Shown: positions 9,047 to 17,941 of the stretch, piece by piece
Layout: every line of letters begins with the position of its first letter
Position numbering within the stretch: the stretch's first letter is position 1
Assembly (NCBI GenBank): GCA_002793855.1
Contig: PFET01000012.1
Location: forward strand, 6,222 to 70,221
Direction of reading: 5' to 3'
Length of the DNA stretch: 64,000 nucleotides
Origin: Candidatus Uhrbacteria bacterium CG10_big_fil_rev_8_21_14_0_10_48_11
GTDB lineage: Bacteria > Patescibacteriota > Patescibacteriia > GWA2-46-9
Made by a program: the position numbers and the translations under genes
The notes under the pieces: model-generated
Databases searched by the model: none
What the model saw: only the letters and a program-made list of their open reading frames with translations
Told to the model about the DNA's origin: nothing

Positions 9047-10618
9047 TCAGGGCACAGGATCGTTTGATCGTCGGTTCTTGGTCGTGACCAATCGCACAAG
9101 CTCAAGACGGTTTATGGCGTCAACGTAGGCCAACGCCGACGCCATTACCACATCGGTGTGATTACCCCTTCCGCGGACAGCAATCTCACCCGTCCGGATC
9201 AGTACACTGACCTCGCCAAGTGCATCGGTGCCGCCAGTCAATCCTTTCGCCTGATAGCCCTCCAGCACCGAATAAACATAAGTACTTTTTTTGATGGCCT
9301 CGTAGCAGGCGTCAATGAGGCCATCGCCCGTCGCTGTGGCAGACTGCGATTTACCATCAATACTAATGGTCACCGCTACCTCAGGGTCTCCGTGGAGGCT
9401 TGCGACAACCCGTACATCCTCCAGCACGAACCGCTGACTGGCATCGGACTCATCACCAATCGCCACCACAATCAGATCTTCCGAAAAGATCTGGCCCTTT
9501 TTGTCAGCCAGCAACTTAAAGCGAGTAAATGCATCGCTAAAGTTGATAACCCTGGGATCAAATCCCAACTCGCGCAATGCCTTACTAAAGGCATGTCGGC
9601 CGGAATGCTTACCAAGCACCAGCGTGTTGCTGATCCGACCGACATCTTCAGGCCGCATGATCTCGTAGGTCCTGACGTTCTTGAGCACGCCATCCTGATG
9701 AATGCCCGCCTCGTGCGCGAACGCATTCGCGCCAACGATTGGTTTCGTCGGTGCAATCGTCATCCCGATCATTTTCGAAAGTGTCTGACTCGCCAGATAG
9801 ATCTGCTTCGCATTGACACGGGTGTTAATGACAAAGTGATCGTATCGAGTATTGAGCGCCATCACCACCTCTTCCAGCGCGGTATTGCCGGCTCGCTCAC
9901 CGATCCCATTGATGGTGCACTCAACCTGCCGCGCTCCGCCCTCGACCGCGGCCAAGGAATTGGCAACCGCCAGCCCCAGGTCGTTGTGACAGTGCGTGCT
10001 CCAGATGACCTGATCCGCGCTCTCCGTGCGCGCACGCAGGGTCTCGAACATCTGCCGAATTTTATCAGGTACTCCGTAGCCCGTGGTGTCGGGAACGTTG
10101 CAGACGCGGGCGCCAGCACGAATTACCTCGCCAAAGACCTGGCACAGGTAGTCGGTGTCGCTGCGCGACGCGTCCTCTGCCGAGAACTCAATGTAATCGA
10201 CGTACCTGCTGGCACGCTCGACCGCCCAAGCCGCGGCGTCAATGACCTCCTGCCGGCTCATCCCCAGCTTGTACCGCAAATGGATGTCCGAGGTCGCGAT
10301 AAAGACATGGATCCCTGGGGACTTGGCGCCATCCACTGCTCTCAACGCCGTCTCGATATCGGCCTCGCGAGTGCGAGCCAAGCTCAAGACTACGGGCCCG
10401 TCGACGGCACGAGCTACCGCCTTCACAGACTCTAAATCCCCCGGAGACGCAGCCGCAAAGCCAGCTTCTATGACGTCGACTCCGAGCGCCTCAAGCTGCC
10501 GCGCAACGGCGAGCTTCTCATCAACGTTCATCGTGCAGCCCGGCGACTGCTCTCCGTCACGTAGGGTCGTATCGAAGATCCGAACCCAGTCATTACTTCC
10601 GTCCCTGTATTTTCCCAT
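9047..10618 (-). CDS. leuA: 2-isopropylmalate synthase (LeuA family, with C-terminal regulatory domain); GC about 58-60%
   Basis: [30 protein letters not shown], and a C-terminal GDGLIDA LeuA_dimer domain; 523 aa. GC and GC3 are clearly higher than in the flanking genes. Confidence 0.85.
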   Translation of the reverse strand: MGKYRDGSNDWVRIFDTTLRDGEQSPGCTMNVDEKLAVARQLEALGVDVIEAGFAAASPGDLESVKAVARAVDGPVVLSLARTREADIETALRAVDGAKSPGIHVFIATSDIHLRYKLGMSRQEVIDAAAWAVERASRYVDYIEFSAEDASRSDTDYLCQVFGEVIRAGARVCNVPDTTGYGVPDKIRQMFETLRARTESADQVIWSTHCHNDLGLAVANSLAAVEGGARQVECTINGIGERAGNTALEEVVMALNTRYDHFVINTRVNAKQIYLASQTLSKMIGMTIAPTKPIVGANAFAHEAGIHQDGVLKNVRTYEIMRPEDVGRISNTLVLGKHSGRHAFSKALRELGFDPRVINFSDAFTRFKLLADKKGQIFSEDLIVVAIGDESDASQRFVLEDVRVVASLHGDPEVAVTISIDGKSQSATATGDGLIDACYEAIKKSTYVYSVLEGYQAKGLTGGTDALGEVSVLIRTGEIAVRGRGNHTDVVMASALAYVDAINRLELVRLVTTKNRRSNDPVP

Positions 10619-10856
10619 TTTCTTTCCTCGCCTCTAGCCGCCCAAAGGACGGGTTGTTCAGTTGTAAAGAACAAACAAAAAAGCTCACCACCTGTGGTGG
10701 AGAGCTTTCGTACGAGTATCTTAAAATAAGCTACGCGCGAGACAACTCTCCACCCCTGGTCGGGGTGAGCAACGGAAGAAGAAGGGAGATTGTACTCTGG
10801 TAGAACTTCATAACTAAAAATAGACTAACGCCAGCCATAATACCTGTCAAGTACTG
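10619..10856 (-). promoter_or_regulatory. Leucine leader-peptide transcription attenuator: leaderless 26-aa ORF (10731..10811) MKFYQSTISLLLPLLTPTRGGELSRA, then an antiterminator/terminator pair
   Basis: Five Leu codons in six (CTT CTT CTT CCG TTG CTC). The 1:2 hairpin is CTCACCCC/GGGGTGGAG. The 2:3 antiterminator pairs GGTGGAGAG with CTCTCCACC. The 3:4 terminator GCTC-T-CCACC-aca-GGTGG-T-GAGC plus T6 sits at about 10675..10710, and the leader stop codon lies just past region 2. Confidence 0.65.
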
Positions 10857-11990
10857 TTAGACGGTGGCCACTTTCGAAACTTGGTAACCACGCGAACCTT
10901 CCGAGCGAGCGATGTTCTGCACAATACCCAGAAGCGCTAGGTGAACCAACAGCGAACTGCCACCCGCCGAAACCAAAGGGAAAGGAATACCAACAACCGG
11001 CACCAAACCCATCGACATACCAGCATTTACAAAAATCTCCACCGAAAACAATATAATGCTGCCAAGAATAAGAAAAGCAGCAAACCAATCCTGACAACGA
11101 TTGAGCAGTATAAACATTCGCACGTACATAATACCAAAAACACCCAACAGCACGACGATACCCGCAAAACCTAACTGTTCGGCAATGACGGCAAAAATAA
11201 AATCTGTTTCCGCTTCTGGTAAAAAACGAAGCTGACTCTGTGAACCTTCACCCAGTCCCCTCCCAACAAGCTGTCCGGCACCAACGGCAATGGTTGCTTG
11301 TCGCACATTATACGTAGCTGAGGTGACTGCTGTCGGCGAGAAAAAAGTTGCAATGCGTTCTTTTTGGTACGGCTTAAATAAGAAAAACCAAGCAACGGCA
11401 AAAAGGACAACAGCGGTAATCGTCGCCACAATAAAATATTTTCGCTTTACGCCAATAACGAGAACTAAACCTGCCCACAACGCCAGCAGAAGCGCTGCCG
11501 AGCCAAAGTCTGGCTGAAAAAAAACGAGTGCTGCCAAAAAAGCGGCAACAAAAAAACTCTGTGCTAAATTGCTAAGAAGATCCAGTTCTCGCGAGCGCCT
11601 CGCAAAATAAGAAGCAAGCACAATAACACCAACTAGCTTTGCAAGCTCCACCGGCTGAAAACGAAGTGAACCTACACCAATCCATCCGCGCGTACCGTTT
11701 ACCACCTGTCCAAACACCAAGGTTACGGCAAGTAGCGCAAGCATCGCCACGTACAACCAACGGCTCATCGACTGCCAGCTATGAAAGTCAATAAAACTTA
11801 ACCCTAGGTAAAGAACAAAACCGACCGCTGCAATAATGAGCTGTTTCTGAAACGTGTAGAGGTCTCCCCCGCCTCGACCAATGGCAACACTGTAAAGCGT
11901 AACGAGGCCAATGCCGGATACCAAAACAGTACCGGCGAATAAAGGCCAGTCGAAGCGTCCGACAAAATCTCTGATCCGCCGTGCGGTCAT
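10857..11990 (-). CDS. SEDS-family cell-wall polymerase (FtsW/RodA)
   Basis: 377 aa polytopic membrane protein with FtsW/RodA-like composition; an mrdA-mreDCB cluster lies elsewhere in the window. Confidence 0.75.
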   Translation of the reverse strand: MTARRIRDFVGRFDWPLFAGTVLVSGIGLVTLYSVAIGRGGGDLYTFQKQLIIAAVGFVLYLGLSFIDFHSWQSMSRWLYVAMLALLAVTLVFGQVVNGTRGWIGVGSLRFQPVELAKLVGVIVLASYFARRSRELDLLSNLAQSFFVAAFLAALVFFQPDFGSAALLLALWAGLVLVIGVKRKYFIVATITAVVLFAVAWFFLFKPYQKERIATFFSPTAVTSATYNVRQATIAVGAGQLVGRGLGEGSQSQLRFLPEAETDFIFAVIAEQLGFAGIVVLLGVFGIMYVRMFILLNRCQDWFAAFLILGSIILFSVEIFVNAGMSMGLVPVVGIPFPLVSAGGSSLLVHLALLGIVQNIARSEGSRGYQVSKVATV

Positions 11991-12000
11991 CTAAAGACGA

Positions 12001-12879
12001 CTAAAAACGAATCTGGTCGGCTTGTCCTCGCATGAAGTTGTCAGCGTTGACGATGTCGACATTCGGCACTACTAAAACATCAGTCACTCCTAAAATGGTA
12101 TTGTAGAGATTTATAGTAACGGGGCGTTGCTCCCCCGCCTTTAATTGGTCAAGAGCAAGGGCTTGAGCAGCTACAGCACGTGACCCCTGCAGAAGTACCA
12201 CCGTAAAACCGGTCGACCAAAATCCATTAGCGCTCTCGTTTGCTACGGTAAATGACACCTGCCCGGGCAAACTCAAACCGGCACTATCAACCCCCCGACC
12301 AGAGGTAAATGAAACACCGCTAACTACAAAGTGCGGCTTCAAGGCGTTGAAAGCGTCAGGAATATGCAATCGCTGCCACTTGATGTTGTTTATACGAATC
12401 GGCAAATTCGCACTCGGTGAAGTAGCGGCACCAACGCTAACCGCAAATCGCTCCTCGTTGTTTAATACCAAAACCGTATCACTACCATTACTACCATCGC
12501 CAACCTGATACGTTACCCACGCTACCCAATTTGGATTTGGATTAAAAAATTTAACCAACGCGTCATATTTGCCATTGCGACCACTGCCTGCCAGTACCGT
12601 GCCGGTTGAAGTACTGATGGGATGCGGTGAAATAATACGATGCCAGTTCGCCGTATCAACACTGGTTGAGAGCGCGTACAGCACCTGTTGGTCTGCGACG
12701 CGAGAAAATACGTACAAATTAAGGAGCTGATAACCAGAATACAACAACACAACCGCTTCAACCGCCACCACAATACCGATGACCATAAGGCGAAATCGAC
12801 TATGATTCGTTATCCAAAATTGAGCCCAACGAAACCACGAGTCGTTCAGTACCGGGTTTACGTTTTCAGTGTCACGCAT
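12001..12879 (-). CDS. Hypothetical protein with N-terminal TM anchor and extracytoplasmic domain
   Basis: Single N-terminal hydrophobic helix (MVIGIVVAVEAVVLLY); no recognisable motif. Confidence 0.45.
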   Translation of the reverse strand: MRDTENVNPVLNDSWFRWAQFWITNHSRFRLMVIGIVVAVEAVVLLYSGYQLLNLYVFSRVADQQVLYALSTSVDTANWHRIISPHPISTSTGTVLAGSGRNGKYDALVKFFNPNPNWVAWVTYQVGDGSNGSDTVLVLNNEERFAVSVGAATSPSANLPIRINNIKWQRLHIPDAFNALKPHFVVSGVSFTSGRGVDSAGLSLPGQVSFTVANESANGFWSTGFTVVLLQGSRAVAAQALALDQLKAGEQRPVTINLYNTILGVTDVLVVPNVDIVNADNFMRGQADQIRF

Positions 12880-12938
12880 ATAGATTTTAGTGTAGCATAT
12901 CTGTAATAAAACCGTAGCGTGGCAAACCCTAAAAGACG

Positions 12939-12967
12939 TTTACCGCTAACCACATTCGTGCTACACT
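12939..12967 (+). promoter_or_regulatory. Promoter for gyrB (TTTACC-17-TACACT)
   Basis: 17-nt spacer; located 32 nt upstream of the gyrB ATG. Confidence 0.4.
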
Positions 12968-12998
12968 AAGCCCAGATTTTACCGACTAACCCACATCC

Positions 12999-15047
12999 AT
13001 GGCGAAAGAAAAATCGCAAGCAGCAAAGAAAGCTCAGGGAGCAAACGACTACACCGCAAAACAAATTACCGTCCTAGAAGGTCTCGACCCGGTCCGCAAA
13101 CGACCGGGTATGTATATCGGCAACACAGCCTCTGAAGGGCTACATCACCTTATCTGGGAAGTCGTCGATAACGGCATTGACGAGGCCATGGCCGGTTTTG
13201 CCACCGAGGTAACCGTGCGACTACTCCCCGGCAACGAGGTAGAGGTTACAGACAACGGCCGCGGTATTCCGGTTGATATTCATAAGCAGACAAAAAAATC
13301 GGCACTAGAAACAGTGCTTACTACTTTACACGCCGGTGGTAAATTCGGCGATGGTGGTTATAAGGTATCTGGTGGGCTGCACGGTGTTGGTGTCTCGGTG
13401 GTGAATGCCCTCTCTGTTCACCTGCGGGCCGAGGTAAAACGTGATGGCAAAGTGTACGCTCAAGAATACGAACGCGGCAAAGCAACCGGAAAAGTAAAAG
13501 AAGTAGGCAAAACCTCAAAACAGGACACTGGTACTGTCATTCGCTTTCGTCCGGACGATACTATTTTTACGGTTACCGAATTTTCTCTAAAAGAAGTTAT
13601 CAGTCACCTCCGGCAGCAAGCATATCTCACCAAGGGGGTGATGATTACAATCATTGATGATCGCTCGCCAGCAAACAAACAAGAAGACCCCTGCGCGCGT
13701 ACCTACCGCTTCTACTTTGAAGGTGGTGTCGCCTCCTACGTCCGGCACCTCAACCACCTCAAAAACCCAAAGCACGAAAACATTTTCTATATTGAAAAAG
13801 AAGAAGAAGAAGAAGTTCGTGTTGAGGTTGGGCTTCAATACAACGAAGAGTACCAGGAGACATTATTCGCTTTTGCTAACAACATTCATAACCCCGAAGG
13901 CGGTACGCACCTTGCCGGCTTTCGAACGGCACTGACCCGCACACTCAACGCCTACGCGCGTCGCAAGGGGTTGCTCAAAGAAAAAGACGAAAACCTAACG
14001 GGCGACGATGTGCGCGAAGGACTGACAGCGGTTATTAGTGTAAAGGTAAAGGAACCGCAGTTTGAAGGACAGACCAAGGCAAAACTTGGAAACGCTGAAG
14101 TGCGCTCTATTGTCGATACGGTTTTTGGTGACGCCTTCTCGGCGTTTCTCGAAGAACACCCACGGGATGCCGAGGCTATCATCAGTAAGGTTGCACTAGC
14201 TGCCCAAGCACGTCTGGCCGCACGCGCCGCGAGGGCATCTGTGCTGCGCAAAGGCGCACTCGAAGGCTTTATGCTTCCTGGTAAACTTGCCGACTGTTCC
14301 AGTAAAGACTCCTCACGGTCAGAGATATTTATCGTCGAGGGTGATAGTGCTGGCGGCAGTGCCAAGCAAGGTCGCAATCGAGAGTTCCAAGCTATCTTGC
14401 CACTACGTGGAAAAATTTTGAACGTTGAAAAAGCACGCCTTGACAAAATGCTCGCCAACAATGAAATTAAATCGCTTATCATTGCGCTAGGTACCAACGT
14501 CGGCGAACAGTTCGATATCGAAAAACTTCGCTACGACCGCATTGTTATTATGACCGATGCCGATGTCGACGGCGCGCACATTCGTACTTTGCTCCTCACG
14601 CTCTTCTACCGCTACTTCCCCGAGCTGGTACGGCAAGGTCACGTCTACATTGCGCAACCGCCACTTTATAAAATTAGTAAAGGGAAAGAATCTTACTACG
14701 CTTACAGTGATACTGAGCTTGATAACATTCGCAAAGAATTAAACGCTGAAAGTGTAGCCAAAAAATCTGCTAAAAAGCAAACGAAGAAAAAAGGTTCAGA
14801 TGACGAGGCGACGGAGGAAACTGAAATTAACCTTAACATTCAGCGCTACAAAGGTTTGGGTGAAATGAATGCCGATCAGCTCTGGGAAACAACCATGGAT
14901 CCCGACCGACGTATATTGAAAAAAGTTGCGGTAGACGATGCCGAAAAAGCGGATGCTACCTTTACCGTCTTGATGGGCAGCGAGGTTGCCCCGCGTAAAC
15001 ACTTCATTCAAACACACGCAAAAGCCGTAAAGAATTTGGACGTTTAA
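12999..15047 (+). CDS. gyrB: DNA gyrase subunit B
   Basis: GHKL ATPase (LHAGGKFGDGGYKVSGGLHGVGVSVVNALS), Toprim EGDSAGG, PLRGKILNVEKA; 682 aa. Confidence 0.95.
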   Translation: MAKEKSQAAKKAQGANDYTAKQITVLEGLDPVRKRPGMYIGNTASEGLHHLIWEVVDNGIDEAMAGFATEVTVRLLPGNEVEVTDNGRGIPVDIHKQTKKSALETVLTTLHAGGKFGDGGYKVSGGLHGVGVSVVNALSVHLRAEVKRDGKVYAQEYERGKATGKVKEVGKTSKQDTGTVIRFRPDDTIFTVTEFSLKEVISHLRQQAYLTKGVMITIIDDRSPANKQEDPCARTYRFYFEGGVASYVRHLNHLKNPKHENIFYIEKEEEEEVRVEVGLQYNEEYQETLFAFANNIHNPEGGTHLAGFRTALTRTLNAYARRKGLLKEKDENLTGDDVREGLTAVISVKVKEPQFEGQTKAKLGNAEVRSIVDTVFGDAFSAFLEEHPRDAEAIISKVALAAQARLAARAARASVLRKGALEGFMLPGKLADCSSKDSSRSEIFIVEGDSAGGSAKQGRNREFQAILPLRGKILNVEKARLDKMLANNEIKSLIIALGTNVGEQFDIEKLRYDRIVIMTDADVDGAHIRTLLLTLFYRYFPELVRQGHVYIAQPPLYKISKGKESYYAYSDTELDNIRKELNAESVAKKSAKKQTKKKGSDDEATEETEINLNIQRYKGLGEMNADQLWETTMDPDRRILKKVAVDDAEKADATFTVLMGSEVAPRKHFIQTHAKAVKNLDV

Positions 15048-15054
15048 GGTAAGG

Positions 15055-15287
15055 TAGCGCCTCCTCCGGTGGGGTGAAGGAGGCGCCGTGCGGTCGTTGT
15101 GCGCAGTCGATTCGGGTACGGCGATAGGGCCACCCATCACCGCAGCTAGTTAGCATCCGGTCTGCATACCGGACCCCGCAACGCACCATGCTCTTCCTCT
15201 TGTCGTGGCGTTGCGCCACGGCGGTTGAGGGAGAGCAAACAAACGCCCTGCAGTTTTAGCACAAGAATGTAGGCAAAACAAGTAGCC
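15055..15287 (+). other. GC-rich highly structured intergenic segment (candidate ncRNA or long leader), identity unresolved
   Basis: gcgcctcc..ggaggcgc, ccggt..accgg and cgtggcg-ttg-cgccacg hairpins; the CCCCGCAACG motif is repeated at about 15174 and 15330; no ORF. Confidence 0.25.
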
Positions 15288-15288
15288 C

Positions 15289-15317
15289 TTGCCAAATCAA
15301 ACCTAGTCTGGTAGGAT
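15289..15317 (+). promoter_or_regulatory. Promoter for secE (TTGCCA-17-TAGGAT) followed by a 5' stem-loop CCCCCG-caa-CGGGGG
   Basis: 17-nt spacer. The hairpin at 15330..15349 is followed by only four T, so it is more likely a 5'-stabilising hairpin than a terminator. Confidence 0.4.
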
Positions 15318-15363
15318 AGAGCCGTAAATCCCCCGCAACGGGGGCTTTTAAAATCCATGAATT

Positions 15364-15558
15364 ATGACGCTGACGAACAACCCCATAGCTAACTACCTTA
15401 AAACCTCCTACGAGGAGCTAAAGAAAGTAACCTGGCCAACAAGAGTTGAGGCAACCAAGCACTCGCTCTGGGTAATTGCCCTGAGTCTTCTAGTGGCAGC
15501 CTTTTTTGGTATTATCGACTTTTTCCTCTCCCGAGGACTTGAGTTATTACTGCGCTAA
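15364..15558 (+). CDS. secE: Preprotein translocase subunit SecE
   Basis: KKVTWPTRxE motif plus a single C-terminal TM segment; secE-nusG-rplK-rplA synteny. Confidence 0.85.
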   Translation: MTLTNNPIANYLKTSYEELKKVTWPTRVEATKHSLWVIALSLLVAAFFGIIDFFLSRGLELLLR

Positions 15559-15561
15559 GGT

Positions 15562-16107
15562 ATGCCTAAGCAGATTGGCGACCAGGGCCGACGCTGGTAT
15601 GTACTGCACACGTACTCTGGATATGAAGAAAATGTTGAACGCAACCTCAAGCAGCGCGTGGAAACACTTGGCATTGAAGACAAAATTTTCAATGTGCTTA
15701 TCCCGACCGAAAAAAAGATTAAAATTAGAAATGGTCGTCGTCGGGTCGTTACCGAAAAAATCTTCCCAGGCTACGTAATGATTGAAATGGTCGTAACCGA
15801 CGACTCTTGGTACGTTGTCCGCAACACACCAAACGTTACCGGCTTTATTGGCACGGGTACGACACCGACAGCACTTTCCGAAGATGAGGTAAAGCAGATA
15901 CAGAAACGGATGGGTATCGAAGAACCCAAGTACACCATTGACGTTACGCCAGATACGCCGGTCAAAATTGTTGACGGACCGTTCAAAGACTTTGAGGGTA
16001 AGGTGGCAAGCGTTGACGAGGTACGCGGCAAAGTTAAAGTATTAGTTTCTATGTTTGGGCGGGAAACTCCCGTAGAGCTCGACTTCTTACAAATCCAAAA
16101 AGCGTAA
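15562..16107 (+). CDS. nusG: Transcription termination/antitermination factor NusG
   Basis: NGN domain (WYVLHTYSGYE) and KOW motif (GPFKDFEGKV). Confidence 0.95.
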   Translation: MPKQIGDQGRRWYVLHTYSGYEENVERNLKQRVETLGIEDKIFNVLIPTEKKIKIRNGRRRVVTEKIFPGYVMIEMVVTDDSWYVVRNTPNVTGFIGTGTTPTALSEDEVKQIQKRMGIEEPKYTIDVTPDTPVKIVDGPFKDFEGKVASVDEVRGKVKVLVSMFGRETPVELDFLQIQKA

Positions 16108-16123
16108 CCGCTAGTTCAACCAT

Positions 16124-16546
16124 ATGGCAAAGAAAGTAAAGGCACTTATTAAACTTCAGATTCCTGCAGGCAAAGCCACTCCGGCGCAGCCTGTCGGGCC
16201 GGCGCTTGGTCAGCACGGACTTAACATTCAAGAGTTCTGCACAAAGTTTAATGCCGCAACCAAAGATCGCGGTGACGACATCACGCCGGTCATTATTACC
16301 GCCTATGAAGATCGCACCTACGATTTTATACTGAAAACCCCACCAGCATCAGTGCTCATCAAAAAGGCGGCTGGCATTGAAAAGGGTTCTGGTAAGCCCC
16401 TACAAGAGAAGGTCGGCAGCATCACCCGAGCTCAACTCAAAGAAATTGCCGAAAAGAAAATGCCCGACCTCAACGCAAACGATATTGAGGCAGCAATGAA
16501 CATTGTTGAAGGGACGGCAAAAAACATGGGTATCACTATTTCGTAA
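16124..16546 (+). CDS. rplK: 50S ribosomal protein L11
   Basis: [35 protein letters not shown]. Confidence 0.95.
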   Translation: MAKKVKALIKLQIPAGKATPAQPVGPALGQHGLNIQEFCTKFNAATKDRGDDITPVIITAYEDRTYDFILKTPPASVLIKKAAGIEKGSGKPLQEKVGSITRAQLKEIAEKKMPDLNANDIEAAMNIVEGTAKNMGITIS

Positions 16547-16605
16547 TTATTGTTTATTCTGTGGGACCTTCACCAGAAGGGCTAGTACCACGTAATGAAA
16601 AAGGC

Positions 16606-17289
16606 ATGCAAAAATTAGGCAAACGACACGCGACCAATATGGCCAAAATTGAAAAACGTATCTACGAGCCAAGCGAGGCCATCGCGACGCTGAAAGATCT
16701 CAAGCACGCGAAGTTTACCGAATCGGTAGAAATTCATCTTCGGCTCGGCATCGACCCAAAGCAGGGCGACCAGCAGGTACGAGGCACGGTTACCCTACCC
16801 CATGGCACCGGTCAGACAAAACTGGTCGCTGTATTTGCTGAGGGCGAGGCGGAAATCGAGGCAAAGAAAGCCGGCGCCGACCTCGTTGGTGGTAAGGAAT
16901 TGATAGACAAAATAAAAACTTCTGGTAAATGTGAGTTCGACGTTGCCGTAGCAACACCGGACATGATGGCGAGTCTAGCTAGCATTGCAAAAATCCTTGG
17001 TCCTCGCGGGCTGATGCCGTCTCCTAAAAACGAAACGGTAACTAAAAATGTTGGCGAAGCAGTTACTGAGCTCAAAAAGGGAAAGATTGCCTTTAAGAAT
17101 GACGACACGGCAAACCTACATCAGATAATTGGTAAGGTTGATCAAACTCCCGAACAACTGCTTGAAAACTTACAAGCCTTTATGGACGCTATTCGGCGCG
17201 CCAAACCTGCCTCAGCTAAGGGTATCTACATCAAAGGGGCAACATTAACGACCACCATGGGGCCTGGCCTTTTGGTTGGCGTAAACTAG
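16606..17289 (+). CDS. rplA: 50S ribosomal protein L1
   Basis: TLPHGTGQ and GPRGLMPSPK motifs. The start is uncertain; MQKLGKRH was chosen from length alignment to E. coli L1. Confidence 0.88.
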   Translation: MQKLGKRHATNMAKIEKRIYEPSEAIATLKDLKHAKFTESVEIHLRLGIDPKQGDQQVRGTVTLPHGTGQTKLVAVFAEGEAEIEAKKAGADLVGGKELIDKIKTSGKCEFDVAVATPDMMASLASIAKILGPRGLMPSPKNETVTKNVGEAVTELKKGKIAFKNDDTANLHQIIGKVDQTPEQLLENLQAFMDAIRRAKPASAKGIYIKGATLTTTMGPGLLVGVN

Positions 17290-17312
17290 CGTACCGAAAA
17301 ACGATTAGATGC

Positions 17313-17341
17313 TTTGTCTCAGCCGGCTGATTTGCTACAAT
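17313..17341 (+). promoter_or_regulatory. Promoter TTTGTC-17-TACAAT giving an essentially leaderless mRNA for the 17350 gene
   Basis: The -10 ends 8 nt before the ATG. Confidence 0.4.
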
Positions 17342-17349
17342 AGCAGTCT

Positions 17350-17940
17350 ATGGCGAGGCAATCACAAAAAAAAGTTATCGGACTTACTGGTCCAAAAGGC
17401 AGCGGCAAAGGGACCATTGCGAACTATCTTGCCGAACACTACGGCGCAACGGTTATCGCCGTCTCTACAATACTTAACGAAATATTGACACTCATTGGCG
17501 TTAAACGTGAGCGAGTCAATCAAATCGCTTTAGCGCAGGCTCTTCGCGCCACCTTTGGCAAAGAGGCAATGGGTCACGCTGTCGATGCTGCCCTTAATCG
17601 ACTGCCACCCACAAAGCAACGTCTAGTAGTTGTTGACGGCGTCCGTCCGCTTGCCGATTGGGATCCGTGGCGAAACAACAAAAACGCAACTCTTGTCGCC
17701 GTTACCGCTAGCGCAGAAATTCGTTACCAGCGTATTCGTAAACGCGGTAAGACAGCAGAAGAAAAGACCCTTACCCTTAAAAGGTTCAGGGCTGAAGAAA
17801 AAATGCCGACCGAGACAAAGACAATTGGCGAAACTAGTCGTCACGCGCGATTCACCATTGACACCAGCGACTCAAAAGCAGCTGTTTATCGTCAGGTAGA
17901 TTATGTCGCCGATAAACTCAACCTTAAACGCAAGCGGTAA
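17350..17940 (+). CDS. P-loop kinase, dephospho-CoA-kinase/NMP-kinase-like
   Basis: GLTGPKGSGKGT Walker A motif; VVDGV...SAEIRYQRIRKR resembles the CoaE lid region; 196 aa. Confidence 0.45.
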   Translation: MARQSQKKVIGLTGPKGSGKGTIANYLAEHYGATVIAVSTILNEILTLIGVKRERVNQIALAQALRATFGKEAMGHAVDAALNRLPPTKQRLVVVDGVRPLADWDPWRNNKNATLVAVTASAEIRYQRIRKRGKTAEEKTLTLKRFRAEEKMPTETKTIGETSRHARFTIDTSDSKAAVYRQVDYVADKLNLKRKR

Positions 17941-17941
17941 G

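Noticed and set aside
9158-10435. 425-aa plus-strand ORF inside leuA
   Set aside because: A long antisense ORF is a typical artefact of GC-rich coding sequence. LeuA motifs on the minus strand are unambiguous.
10740-10760. T-box riboswitch as the leuA regulator
   Set aside because: AGGGGTGGAGAG superficially resembles the T-box AGGGUGG, but there is no specifier stem I or ACCGCG box. The Leu-codon leader peptide with 1:2, 2:3 and 3:4 pairings fits ribosome-mediated attenuation much better.
13952-14497. 181-aa minus-strand ORF inside gyrB
   Set aside because: Antisense artefact with a Ser/Ala/Arg-rich composition.
15280-15360. Possible tRNA-Trp upstream of secE (a common synteny)
   Set aside because: No cloverleaf is present. 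The D-arm-like tagtctggtaggatagagc does not pair correctly, and the following hairpin has a 3-nt loop with no T-loop. The region reads better as a promoter plus 5' hairpin.
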